Of a stretch of DNA of 64,000 nt, positions 9,900-19,280 are shown one piece after another. The DNA is from Saprospirales bacterium (GTDB lineage: Bacteria; Bacteroidota; Bacteroidia; Chitinophagales; JADIYW01). Where the stretch lies: positions 2,320 to 66,319 of the forward strand of contig JADJSS010000004.1 in assembly GCA_016711605.1 (NCBI GenBank), written 5' to 3'. The translations under genes and the position numbers were made by a program. The stretch's first letter is position 1, and each line of letters starts with the position of its first letter. The notes beneath the pieces were generated by a model. It was not told where the DNA came from and searched no databases. It saw only the letters and a list, made by a program, of their open reading frames with translations.

Positions 9900-10349
9900 A
9901 TGAAAAAATATCTATTCTTACTTTTATTACCAATTGCAATTTTTTCATGTAAGAAAAATACTACTGATTACACAGAAATTGACAGAGCAATTATTAGACA
10001 ATACATAATAGACAGCAGTTTAGTAGCAGATTCTACTGCTTCAGGTTTGTTTTATGTGATAGCAGACTCAGGTACAGGTCGTGTTCCTAATATCAATTCA
10101 TTTGTAACTGTTGGTTATAGAGGTTATTTAACAGATGGAAAAGTATTTGACCAAACTGCTGGTGCACCTGTAGAATTTAAGCTTTCAAGCTTAGTTGTTG
10201 GCTGGCAAGAAGGTTTGCCATTGATTAAAAATAATGGTAAAATAAAATTATTAATTCCATCTGCATTAGGATATAAAGATCAGGAAATTACATCAATACC
10301 TAAAAATTCAGTATTGATTTTCGATATTTCATTGGTTGGTGTTCGATAA
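9900..10349 (+). CDS. FKBP-type peptidyl-prolyl isomerase, lipoprotein
   Basis: It has a signal peptide with a lipobox (IAIFSC) and an FKBP core (VGYRGYLTDGKVFDQ ... VVGWQEGL ... IPSALGY). Confidence 0.85.
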   Translation: MKKYLFLLLLPIAIFSCKKNTTDYTEIDRAIIRQYIIDSSLVADSTASGLFYVIADSGTGRVPNINSFVTVGYRGYLTDGKVFDQTAGAPVEFKLSSLVVGWQEGLPLIKNNGKIKLLIPSALGYKDQEITSIPKNSVLIFDISLVGVR

Positions 10350-10373
10350 TCAATTCCATTATTATTTACAGAT

Positions 10374-11917
10374 ATGACAAAAAACAACAGAACAGATATT
10401 CTTTTTGTCATTTTAACAGCTTTTATTTGCCAATTTCTTTTTTCTGCATATGGTTTCAATCCAACGGATGAAGGATTTGTGTTGTCTGCAACGAATCGTG
10501 TGTTGCATGGACAAATTCCGCACGTAGATTTTTCTTCTGTTCGACCACTTGGTTATGCCTTTTTGCATATTCCAGAATTGCTTTTTTCTGAAAATTATTT
10601 CTTTTTAATTTCTCGATTTGTGTTTTGGTTAGAACAAATTTTAATTGCTTTTTTATGGATTCGCTTTGTAATTAATTTTACAAAAACTGAAATTTCATTA
10701 CTAAACAAATACACGCTTGTTATCGTGTGTTTTATATTCAATGTACATTATTTTCCTTGTTCAGTGTTACATACTATTGATGGTTTATTGATGTGTATGA
10801 TTGGTTTGAATTTTATTATTTCAGAAAAAAAATACGCTTTTGTTGGTTTCTTTTTTATTGGATTTGCGTCTTTGTGCAAGCAGAATTATTTAGTGATTTT
10901 GCCGTTCACTTTATTTTTATTTGGAAGAAGAAAAATAGTTTCAAATACCATAATTGGATTTTTGCCTATTGCGCTATACATCAGTATTATCAGTTACTTT
11001 GGCGGTTTTGAAGATTTAAGAACACAACTTTCCGGACATAATGAATTATTGAAAGTAGGTGTGTTTGCTTATGTTTTAAATCCATTAATTTACGTTGGAA
11101 TAATTGGTGTTTATATTTATAATCAACTAAAAATAAACAAGATTTATTTGGCAATTGCTTTACTTGTTTTCGCTATTGTATTTTTATCAACCAATCATTA
11201 TCACGGAAAATTTGGATTCGTTTTTATTGGAATTATTATTGGCGATTTAATTTATAAAGCACAAAAAAAAGAATTAATAACGATTCCATTTATAACGTTA
11301 CTAATTGGTTGGTGTGTTTCTATTTCTGTTGGTTATAATTCACCAGCATTGTTTATTGGCGGAATTATTTCTCTGTTTCTTTTGAATATTTTTAATCAAA
11401 AAAATCAACTGATAAAATACTTTTTACATTCGTTTTAATTTCATGTATTTCGTTCTATTTCGTTCGAACACAAAACATCTATCGTGATTTACCAGCCAAA
11501 AATTTAACCTATAAATTAGATGGTATTGTAGAAGGTGCTTGTGGAATTAAAACCAATCTTACTACTTATAAAGTTTTGGTAGAATTAAATCTTTTGAAAA
11601 AGAAATATCCAAACATACTGGTGTTACCAGATTTTACAGCATGTAATATTCTTCATTCACATCAATCCAAAATATTAACGGAATGGCCAAATAAAACAGA
11701 AATTCCGAATGAAAAAATATTGCAAAAAGTAGTTTCAAAAATAGGAAATGATTCTTCATTAATTTTCGCAATTGCTACTTATCAAACTGCTAAACTACAA
11801 GATAGTTTACTTCGTATTCCAAACAACGGTTTAGATTATCCAATTATTCGTTTCGCTAAAAACAATTCCACCAAAAGCGAAGATTATAACTATTTTGAGA
11901 TTTACAAGTCGAAGTAA
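10374..11917 (+). pseudogene. Polytopic membrane protein (GT-C-like glycosyltransferase fold suspected) split by a frameshift
   Basis: ORF 10374..11438 is multi-TM and has NPTDEG in its first loop. The frame of ORF 11576..11917 is already open from 11396. That frame reads ...KSTDKILFTFVLISCISFYFVRTQNIYRD, which adds another TM helix. The shift is most simply placed in the A7 run at 11398-11404. Confidence 0.5.
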
Positions 11918-11942
11918 AAAACTTTCATTTTCATTCAAACTT

Positions 11943-12512
11943 TCACTTTCCATCATTCCATCTATAACTTTCATTTTCAAAACCACATAAATCAATTACT
12001 CTGTCAATTACAGTTGCTGCAACATCTTCTATTGTTTGCGGTTTGCTATAAAAACTCGGCGTGGCTGGACAAATAATTCCACCAGCTTCCGTTATGGTTT
12101 TCATATTGTTGATTTGAATTAAATTATAAGGTGTTTCACGAGCAACTAAAATTAATTTTCGTCTTTCTTTTAAAATTACATCTGCAGCACGTGTCGTCAA
12201 ATCGTTAGAAATTCCAGCTGCAATTCTGCCTAAAGTTCCCATCGAACACGGACAAATAATCATCGTATCATATTTTGCAGAACCAGATGCAAACGGAGCC
12301 ATAAAATCATTCTTGTCATAAAATTGAAATGGATAATTTGCATAATCTTCTGTGTCTAATTCATGCTTCCAAACTGTTTTTGCATTGTCACTCATTATTA
12401 TTCCAATCTTTTCAATCTGATTGTTAATACGTAATAACTTGTCAAACAGCACCTTAGCGTAAATTGATCCACTGGCACCTGTAACCGAAATAACTATTTT
12501 CCTTTTCAACAT
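11943..12512 (-). CDS. ubiX: UbiX-family flavin prenyltransferase
   Basis: The N-terminus is VTGASGSIYA, the length is 189 aa and it has a conserved PCSMGTLG-type segment. Confidence 0.85.
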   Translation of the reverse strand: MLKRKIVISVTGASGSIYAKVLFDKLLRINNQIEKIGIIMSDNAKTVWKHELDTEDYANYPFQFYDKNDFMAPFASGSAKYDTMIICPCSMGTLGRIAAGISNDLTTRAADVILKERRKLILVARETPYNLIQINNMKTITEAGGIICPATPSFYSKPQTIEDVAATVIDRVIDLCGFENESYRWNDGK

Positions 12513-12585
12513 TTATTTTTATACTTTTACATTTATATCAAAGTTGGTATTAAATTTGCAATACTCATAAGAAAACAAAAAAAAG

Positions 12586-13134
12586 ATGAAAAAGTTAAAT
12601 AAAATTTGGTTGTTTCTTGTAGTTGCATTACTAAGCATTACAAAATTTGCTGATGCAAAAACAGAATTAACTAGTTCAACTGAAGTTAAATGGACAACAT
12701 TTGACAAAGTTTTAGAAGAAGCAAAAGCTGGAAACAAAAAATTTATTTTAGTTGATTTATATACCGACTGGTGTGGTTGGTGTAAAAAAATGGATGAAAA
12801 TGTTTTTAATGAAGCTTCTATTTCTACTGAATTAAACGCAGATTTTGCTGCCGTAAAATTTAATGCAGAAACTGCAGAACCAGTTGTATTTAAAGGCAAA
12901 ACATATACATTCACTAAAGACGGACAACGTGGTGCAAATCAGTTGGCTTTAGAATTAGGTAAAGTAGGTAATAAATTAGGTTATCCAACAATTGTTATAT
13001 TAGATGTAGAAGGAAAAAAACTACAAGCATTTCCTGGCTATAAAGATGTTCAAACAATGTCAGTGATCTTAAATTATTTTAAAAGCGAAAGCTATAAAAA
13101 AATGGATTTTCAACAATTTCAATCTGGTCAATAA
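12586..13134 (+). CDS. Secreted thioredoxin-fold protein (WCGWC motif)
   Basis: It has a signal peptide followed by DLYTDWCGWCKKMD, a CxxC redox motif in a thioredoxin-like context. Confidence 0.7.
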   Translation: MKKLNKIWLFLVVALLSITKFADAKTELTSSTEVKWTTFDKVLEEAKAGNKKFILVDLYTDWCGWCKKMDENVFNEASISTELNADFAAVKFNAETAEPVVFKGKTYTFTKDGQRGANQLALELGKVGNKLGYPTIVILDVEGKKLQAFPGYKDVQTMSVILNYFKSESYKKMDFQQFQSGQ

Positions 13135-13151
13135 AAACTATATACGTAACA

Positions 13152-13817
13152 ATGAACACAATTAAAATAAAATTATTCTTGCCAATGCTTTTCACAGTAT
13201 TGGCAATTTCTTGTTTTGCAACTGGCAATACCAAACCAAAACCCAAAAGTAAAACAACTACAACAACTACTGCAAAACTAGTTAAAACTGAAACAACAAC
13301 AGTTGCTAAAATCGAGACAGCTGAAAAAAAAATCAAGTGGTTAACTTGGGAACAAATGGTAAAATTGAATGAAAAAAATCCAAAGAAAATATTTATTGAT
13401 TTTTATACTTCGTGGTGTGGTTGGTGCAAAGTTATGGACAAAAATACCTTTGAAGATACAATAGTTGCAGAAATTATGATGAAAGATTTTTATTGCGTAA
13501 AATTTGATGCAGAACGAAAAGATACAATCACTTTTTTAAATAAACAATGGCCTTGGATTGCAGGTGGTCGTGGTGGTTACCATACATTAGCTGCTTATTT
13601 TATGCAAAACCAACTTTCTTACCCAACTTTTTGTGTGCTAACATCAAAATTTGAATTAATTTCACCACTAAAAGGTTATATCGCAGTTCCACAATTTGAA
13701 CCAACTATAAGTTTTTTAGCACAAGATTTTTGGATGCCATCTAAAAATAAAAATATTGAAACGTACAAACAAGAATATAAAAGTCCGAGAACAACACCTT
13801 GGGTTCAACCACAATAA
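13152..13817 (+). CDS. Secreted or lipoprotein thioredoxin-fold paralog (WCGWC motif) with a Thr-rich linker
   Basis: It has a signal peptide or lipobox (LAISCF), a low-complexity linker (KSKTTTTTTAKLVKTETTTVAK) and then FYTSWCGWCKVMD. Confidence 0.7.
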   Translation: MNTIKIKLFLPMLFTVLAISCFATGNTKPKPKSKTTTTTTAKLVKTETTTVAKIETAEKKIKWLTWEQMVKLNEKNPKKIFIDFYTSWCGWCKVMDKNTFEDTIVAEIMMKDFYCVKFDAERKDTITFLNKQWPWIAGGRGGYHTLAAYFMQNQLSYPTFCVLTSKFELISPLKGYIAVPQFEPTISFLAQDFWMPSKNKNIETYKQEYKSPRTTPWVQPQ

Positions 13818-13828
13818 AATATAACTTG

Positions 13829-13857
13829 AAAGCTACTTTCCAGTAGCTTTTTTTATT
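13829..13857 (+). terminator. Rho-independent terminator after the second thioredoxin-fold gene
   Basis: The stem agctact/agtagct can be extended by two A-T pairs. It has a 4-nt loop and is followed by tttttatttt. Confidence 0.65.
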
Positions 13858-13865
13858 TTCAAAAT

Positions 13866-14795
13866 ATGAAGAAGATTATACTTGTTTCCACTTTTTCCTT
13901 TTTTTGCTTGCTTGTATTTGCCGCAAACAAAAAGAAAGGAACTATTGCTACTAATTCCGAAAACAATAAAATAAAACTGGATGAACCTTTAAAGACAAAT
14001 AACTCATTGCTTTGGCAAATTTCTGGAAACGGATTGAAAAAAGCATCGTACTTATTTGGTACCATACATGAAATTAATTCAGCTGATTTTTATCTTGGAA
14101 AAAATGCATTGAAAAAAATTAAAAATTCAGATGAAATTATTCTGGAAGTTGACTTAAATAAAGTGGATGTTTTAAAATTAGCACAAGCAAGTATGTTGCC
14201 TGATAATAAAACAATTAAAGATTATTTATCTGATACAGATTACCTTTCTTTGAAAAAATTCATGAAAGATACATTGAAAATAAATAGCTATAATTTCGAT
14301 GGTTCTTATGCAAAAATGAAACCTTTCTTTTTAGAACAACTTATCTTTTCAAATACAACAGATGATAAGCTATATTATGAACTAGAAATAAAAAAAATAG
14401 CAGACGATAAAAATATTGCACAATCTGGTTTGGAAACGATGACAGAACAATTAGAATTTTTAGATGAGATTCCAATTAAAGATCAATTGGAAAGTATTTT
14501 AAAAACAATAAAAAATTATTCTGTTGAAAATAATAAATTCAACCAGTTGATAGATAATTATAAAAAGCAAGATCTTGCTGCATTAAATAAAGCATTTGAG
14601 GAAGAAGAAGATACTGTTTTAAAACAAAAATTAGTCGACAAACGCAATGCCAATTGGATTCCCAAAATAATAGCAAATATACAATCTAAATCATGTTTCA
14701 TAGCTGTTGGTGCAGGTCATCTTGCAGGTGAAAATGGTTTAATTAATCTACTCAAAAAACAAGGTTATACTGTTGAGCCAATTTCAACTAATTAA
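13866..14795 (+). CDS. TraB/GumN family protein
   Basis: It has a signal peptide, the N-terminal motif LLWQISGNGLKKASYLFGTIH and the C-terminal motif FIAVGAGHLAGENGLINLLKKQGY. Confidence 0.7.
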   Translation: MKKIILVSTFSFFCLLVFAANKKKGTIATNSENNKIKLDEPLKTNNSLLWQISGNGLKKASYLFGTIHEINSADFYLGKNALKKIKNSDEIILEVDLNKVDVLKLAQASMLPDNKTIKDYLSDTDYLSLKKFMKDTLKINSYNFDGSYAKMKPFFLEQLIFSNTTDDKLYYELEIKKIADDKNIAQSGLETMTEQLEFLDEIPIKDQLESILKTIKNYSVENNKFNQLIDNYKKQDLAALNKAFEEEEDTVLKQKLVDKRNANWIPKIIANIQSKSCFIAVGAGHLAGENGLINLLKKQGYTVEPISTN

Positions 14796-14813
14796 CTGAT
14801 AAAAAATAATTGA

Positions 14814-14862
14814 CTGTTAACAATGAACGATTAACAATTAATAGTTGTCAAATAACATTTTT
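14814..14862. repeat. Degenerate heptamer tandem array (7 units)
   Basis: The units are ctgttaa caatgaa cgattaa caattaa tagttgt caaataa cattttt, with period 7. The array lies between the TraB/GumN gene and the valS promoter. Confidence 0.6.
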
Positions 14863-14871
14863 GTATTTTTG
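14845..14871 (+). promoter_or_regulatory. Candidate Bacteroidota-type promoter for valS
   Basis: A TTG at 14845-14847 is followed 16 nt later by TATTTTTG (TAnnTTTG -7 box) at 14864-14871. Confidence 0.4.
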
Positions 14872-14872
14872 C

Positions 14873-14915
14873 ATACAAGACCTTCAAAGTTTTTAAAACC
14901 TTGAAGGTCTTGTAT
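14873..14915 (+). promoter_or_regulatory. Perfect 15-bp inverted repeat at the start of the valS transcript (operator or 5'-UTR hairpin)
   Basis: The arms atacaagaccttcaa (14873-14887) and ttgaaggtcttgtat (14901-14915) are separated by a 13-nt spacer. The repeat lies immediately after the -7 box and 22 nt before the valS ATG. Confidence 0.5.
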
Positions 14916-16739
14916 AAATCGCAACTTGAAATCAACATGGAATTACCAAAAATTTTAGACCACACGCAAATCGAAACCAAATGGTATAAACATTGGTTAG
15001 ATAAAAAATACTTTAATTCAGTTCCTGACGAACGCGAACCATATACTATTGTCATTCCACCACCAAACGTTACTGGTGTGTTGCATATGGGTCATATGCT
15101 CAATTATACTATTCAAGATGTATTGATTCGCAAAGCACGTATGCAAGGTAAAAACGCCTGTTGGGTGCCTGGTACCGATCATGCTTCTATTGCAACTGAA
15201 GCCAAAGTAGTAAATTTATTGAAAGAACAAGGCATCACTAAAAAAGATATTACACGCGAACAATTTTTAGAACATGCGTGGCAATGGAAAGAAAAATATG
15301 GCGGCATTATTTTAAAACAATTACGCAGTTTAGGTGCATCATGCGATTGGAATCGAACACGCTTTACTATGGATGATGATTTGAGTGATGCTGTAATTGA
15401 TGTATTTATCGACTTGCACAAAAAAGGAAAAATATATCGTGGTGTGCGTATGGTAAACTGGGATCCAAAAGGTTTAACTGCAGTTTCAGACGAAGAAGTA
15501 ATTCATAAAGAAGTGAATTCTAAGTTATTTTATGTTCGTTATAAAATTGAAAATACAACTGACGAATGAATTATTAATACTATTGCAACAACAAGACCTG
15601 AAACAATTCTTGGAGACACAGCTATTTGTGTACATCCTGATGATGAACGATATAAAAACTTAAAAGGAAAATTTGCGGTGGTTCCATTAATCAATCGTGT
15701 GATACCAATTATTTTTGATGATTATATTGATATTGAATTTGGAACCGGTGCATTAAAAGTAACGCCAGCACACGATATCAACGATTACAATTTAGGTATT
15801 AAACACAATTTAGAAGTGATTGATACTTTAAATGATGATGGTACGTTGAGTGAAAAAGCACAGCTATATATTGGCGAAGACAGATTTGCAGTTCGTAAAA
15901 AAATTGCTGTTGATTTAGAAGAAAAAGGTCATTTAGTTAAGATTGAAGAGATCAAAAACAAGGTTGGTTATTCTGAAAGAACCGATGCTGTAATCGAACC
16001 AAAATTATCGATGCAATGGTTTTTGAAAATGGATGAATTGGCAAAACCTGCGTTGGAAAATGTGATGAATGACAATATCAAACTCATTCCAGAAAAATTT
16101 AAAAACACCTACAAACACTGGATGGAAAATGTACACGATTGGTGCATTTCTCGTCAACTTTGGTGGGGCCATCGCATTCCAGCTTGGTACGATGAAAAAG
16201 GCAATGTTGTAGTTGCAAAAACGGAAGCAGAAGCCATTGAATTATTCAAATCTAAATTCAACCTTCAACACTCAACATTCAACATTACTCAAGACGAAGA
16301 TGTACTCGACACTTGGTTCTCTTCGTGGTTGTGGCCAATCTCTGTTTTTGATGGATTCAAAAATCCTGATGGCGCAGATATTAATTATTATTATCCAACG
16401 AATGATTTAGTAACCGCACCAGAAATTCTATTCTTTTGGGTAGCTCGTATGATTATGGCTGGTTATGAATATAAAAATGAAAAGCCATTTACTAATGTGT
16501 ATCTAACAGGAATTGTAAGAGATAAACAAGGTCGTAAAATGTCGAAATCATTAGGTAATTCACCAGATCCATTGGATTTAATTGAGAAATATTCAGCTGA
16601 TGGTGTGCGAACAGGCATGTTGTTTTGTTCACCTGCAGGAAACGATTTGCCATTCGATGAAAAACTATGCGAACAAGGAAGAAATTTTACGAATAAAATT
16701 TGGAATGCATTACGGCTTGTTAAAGGTTGGAATGTAAAT

Positions 16740-16769
16740 GAAAGTGATGGTGAAAGTGAAAGTGAAAGT
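16740..16769 (+). repeat. (GAAAGT)n hexamer tract inside valS encoding [10 protein letters not shown]
   Basis: The sequence is gaaagtgatggtgaaagtgaaagtgaaagt. It is in frame and lies in a variable loop of ValRS. Confidence 0.8.
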
Positions 16770-17057
16770 GCCAATAAAGAGGTTTTCATTTGGTTTGAAA
16801 ATAAACTGGAATTACTAAAAGAAAACTTAGAAAAATCATATTCGTCTTATCGTTTATCAGAAGCACTAATTGATTTGTATAAATTTATTTGGGACGACTT
16901 TTGCTCTTGGTATCTAGAGTTTGTAAAACCACCTTTTGGTGAAAAAATAGATGCAGTTTCTTATCAAAAAACAGTTTTATATTTTGAAGAGTTGATGAAA
17001 CTATTGCATCCATTTATGCCATTTATTTCAGAAGAAATTTATCATCATTTACATAAG

Positions 17058-17082
17058 AGTGAAAGTGAAGTGAAAGTGAAAG
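17058..17082 (+). repeat. (AGTGAA)n hexamer tract inside valS with one base missing; this is the frameshift site
   Basis: The sequence is agtgaaagtgaa-gtgaaagtgaaag. Restoring one A at 17069/17070 gives SESESESES and joins the two valS reading frames. Confidence 0.8.
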
Positions 17083-17599
17083 CGCAGATATTGTTGTTGC
17101 AGCTTATCCAACAGTTGGAACTTATGATTTAAAAATTATTCAAGAAGGTGAGAAATTAAAAGAAGTTATTTCGTCAATACGTGACGTTAGAAATAAAAAT
17201 GGTTTATCACCAAAAATAACATTAACAGTTTATGTACAAGCAAAAGACAAGACTTTGTATAATAAATTTGGTGCGTTGATAGAAAAAATCGCCAATATTC
17301 ATCCAATTAATTTTACTGAAACTGAAGTAGAAAAAACAGTTTCACAACTCATTCAAACAGATAAAATTTATATTGAAACAGGTATTGAAATTGATACAGA
17401 TAACGAAAAGAAAAAGATTATTGAAGAAATAAATTACTACAAAGGTTTTATTGAAAGTGTAAACAAAAAACTTTCCAACGAAAAGTTTGTAGCTAATGCA
17501 AAACCAGAAATCATTGAAAACGAACGCAAAAAAATGGCTGATGGACAATCAAAATTACAATCATTAGAAGCAGCTTTAAACGCATTTAATTAAAAAATC

Positions 17600-17785
17600 A
17601 TGAAAAGAGTTTTTATTTATTTTATCTTATTTATTTTATCGTCATTTAATTCATTGGCACAATCAATTAATAGTAATCGTTATTCTGATAAGTTTGCACT
17701 TTCTATAGATATTTTAAATGCTGCTCAAAATCATAATATTCAACAGCTGGAATCAATTGCAAAATCGCTAACTATTCCTTACTGA
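17600..17785 (+). CDS. Short ORF with a signal peptide, possibly the N-terminal remnant of a decayed gene
   Basis: It begins MKRVFIYFILFILSSFNSLAQ. It is followed by about 640 bp of very AT-rich sequence with stops in all frames. Confidence 0.3.
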   Translation: MKRVFIYFILFILSSFNSLAQSINSNRYSDKFALSIDILNAAQNHNIQQLESIAKSLTIPY

Positions 17786-18422
17786 ATTTATCTAAAAGTT
17801 ATTTTCCAAGTCATAGAAAACAAAAATTAAAATAACAAACATTTCAGAGAATAAAATCCATCCTTCATCGCTTTATATAACAGATTCTTGCATTTACAAT
17901 AAATTTGCATCAATTTTTATTTTAGTACACTAATTCAATAGTATATTAAATGATGATGATAACGGATATCTAATTTTGGAACAATTTATATATTCTTATG
18001 AAATACTGAAAAAATACTATTCAAATAATATTCATTCAAATCAAATAGCATCATTCTTGAAACAAAAAATTATATAAAATATATTTCATTTAAAGAGTTA
18101 ATTACATTTAATAACACGTTATATTGTATTCAAAAAAGCACAATATAAATCTTATTCGAAAAAAAAGTTCCAAGCTAAATTCAATTTAAAAATCAGAAAG
18201 TAAATTGTTCTTTAAGAAAGAGAATAAACAATTTTTCCATACAATAAAGACACTAAATTCAACAATGTTGATATAATTTTGGTGATAATGTAGCAATAAA
18301 TAGGATTATGATTGCAAGCTGGTTTAAAAAAATAGAAGAAATTAGATAGAAAATATAAAACTTCATATCACTAAACGAATTAAACTGTAAAAGATTCAAC
18401 AATACTTGATAGATCCGAAGAA

Positions 18423-18719
18423 ATGCCATCGTTTCAAAATGGTACAAAAGGTCTCAATAAATTCTTGAAAGAAAATTTACGTTATCCAAAAGAAGCATTA
18501 AAAATGAAAATTGAAGGAAATATAATTGTTCGCTTAATGATTGATAAAGATGGAAGTGTTAAAGACCCAATTATTCTAAAAGATAATTTAGGTGTTGGTT
18601 GCGCTGAAGAAGCATTGCGTTTGGTACAGAAAATGCCTAAATGGTGGCCTGGAAAAGAAAAAGGAAAAGCAGTAAAAGTGTATTATACATTACCTATTTC
18701 ATTCACTATTCCAAAATAA
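18423..18719 (+). CDS. TonB C-terminal domain protein (stand-alone or remnant)
   Basis: The motifs PSFQNGTKGLNKFLKENLRYPKEA ... GNIIVRLMIDKDGSV ... YTLPISF match the TonB_C fold pattern. The upstream frame closes only 13 codons before the ATG. Confidence 0.6.
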   Translation: MPSFQNGTKGLNKFLKENLRYPKEALKMKIEGNIIVRLMIDKDGSVKDPIILKDNLGVGCAEEALRLVQKMPKWWPGKEKGKAVKVYYTLPISFTIPK

Positions 18720-18742
18720 GTAATAATATATTCTATACTTTT

Positions 18743-19174
18743 TTACACTTTATATTTCAACACGATCATCGTCAATCTTGAAATATTAAGTAAGTTGTCT
18801 TTTTCATCGTAAATTTTTATTTCCCAAACCTGTGTCTTTGCACCAATGTGTATAGGTTTTGCAATACCAATAACAAAACCATCTCTTGCACTTTTCAAAT
18901 GATTTGAATTAATATCCAAACCCAATGCATATTCTTTTGAATTATCTAAACATAAATTGGCTGCAGTACTTCCAATCGTTTCTGCAAGCACTACATGAGC
19001 ACCACCATGCAACAAACCCATCGGTTGATGAGTACGCTTATCAACTGGCATTTTTGCTTTAATATAATCAGCTCCAATTTCTATAAACTCAATACCTATA
19101 TGTTCTACTAACGTGTTTTTACTATTGTTTTGAAGTGCTGCTAATGTAATATTTGGTGTCTTCCAGATTTGCAT
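18743..19174 (-). CDS. PaaI/hotdog-fold thioesterase
   Basis: This is a 143-aa protein with the motif HQPMGLLHGGAHVVLAETIGS typical of PaaI/YdiI-type thioesterases. Confidence 0.8.
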   Translation of the reverse strand: MQIWKTPNITLAALQNNSKNTLVEHIGIEFIEIGADYIKAKMPVDKRTHQPMGLLHGGAHVVLAETIGSTAANLCLDNSKEYALGLDINSNHLKSARDGFVIGIAKPIHIGAKTQVWEIKIYDEKDNLLNISRLTMIVLKYKV

Positions 19175-19280
19175 TTTTTTTATTTGTTGTTAAAGTTAAT
19201 GATTTTTTTCAATGCAAATAATCAATCCTATTTTATAAACAATGAGTAGTACGAGATAAAATTATTTGTATTTTTATTGA

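Larger units (their letters stand above)
14937..17593 (+). pseudogene. valS: Valyl-tRNA synthetase, interrupted by an in-frame TGA (15567-15569) and one frameshift (about 17069)
   Basis: It carries the HMGH (HIGH-class) motif, [18 protein letters not shown] and a C-terminal coiled coil. ORFs 14901..15569 and 15678..17132 are in the same frame and read straight through the TGA. The C-terminal part (17255..17593, open further upstream as [12 protein letters not shown]...) is in another frame. Confidence 0.9.

Noticed and set aside
12519-12914. Antisense or overlapping ORFs from the six-frame track, for example 12519..12914, 6873..7205, 7003..7314, 8960..9241, 16463..16789, 49650..49952, 52318..52671 and 59046..59360
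   Set aside because: Each lies entirely inside a longer gene with clear family motifs on the other strand or in another frame. Their products are low-complexity or hydrophobic strings typical of shadow ORFs in AT-rich DNA.
15567-15569. Reassignment of UGA to a sense codon (genetic code 4 or 25 style) as the explanation for the in-frame TGA in valS
   Set aside because: Five other genes in the window end at TGA with C-termini of the expected length. They are the EamA transporter (3396), ubiX (11943), the NUDIX hydrolase (33347), plsC (41492) and kdsB (57510). Reading TGA as sense would extend kdsB by roughly 30 codons into the aberrant spacer. It would also run ubiX into the convergent neighbour. 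TGA is rare here simply because the genome is AT-rich and prefers TAA.
16740-17082. The hexamer and heptamer tandem arrays as CRISPR-like arrays
   Set aside because: The units are 6-7 nt with no unique spacers between them. The arrays are 25-60 nt long, and no cas genes or leader are present.
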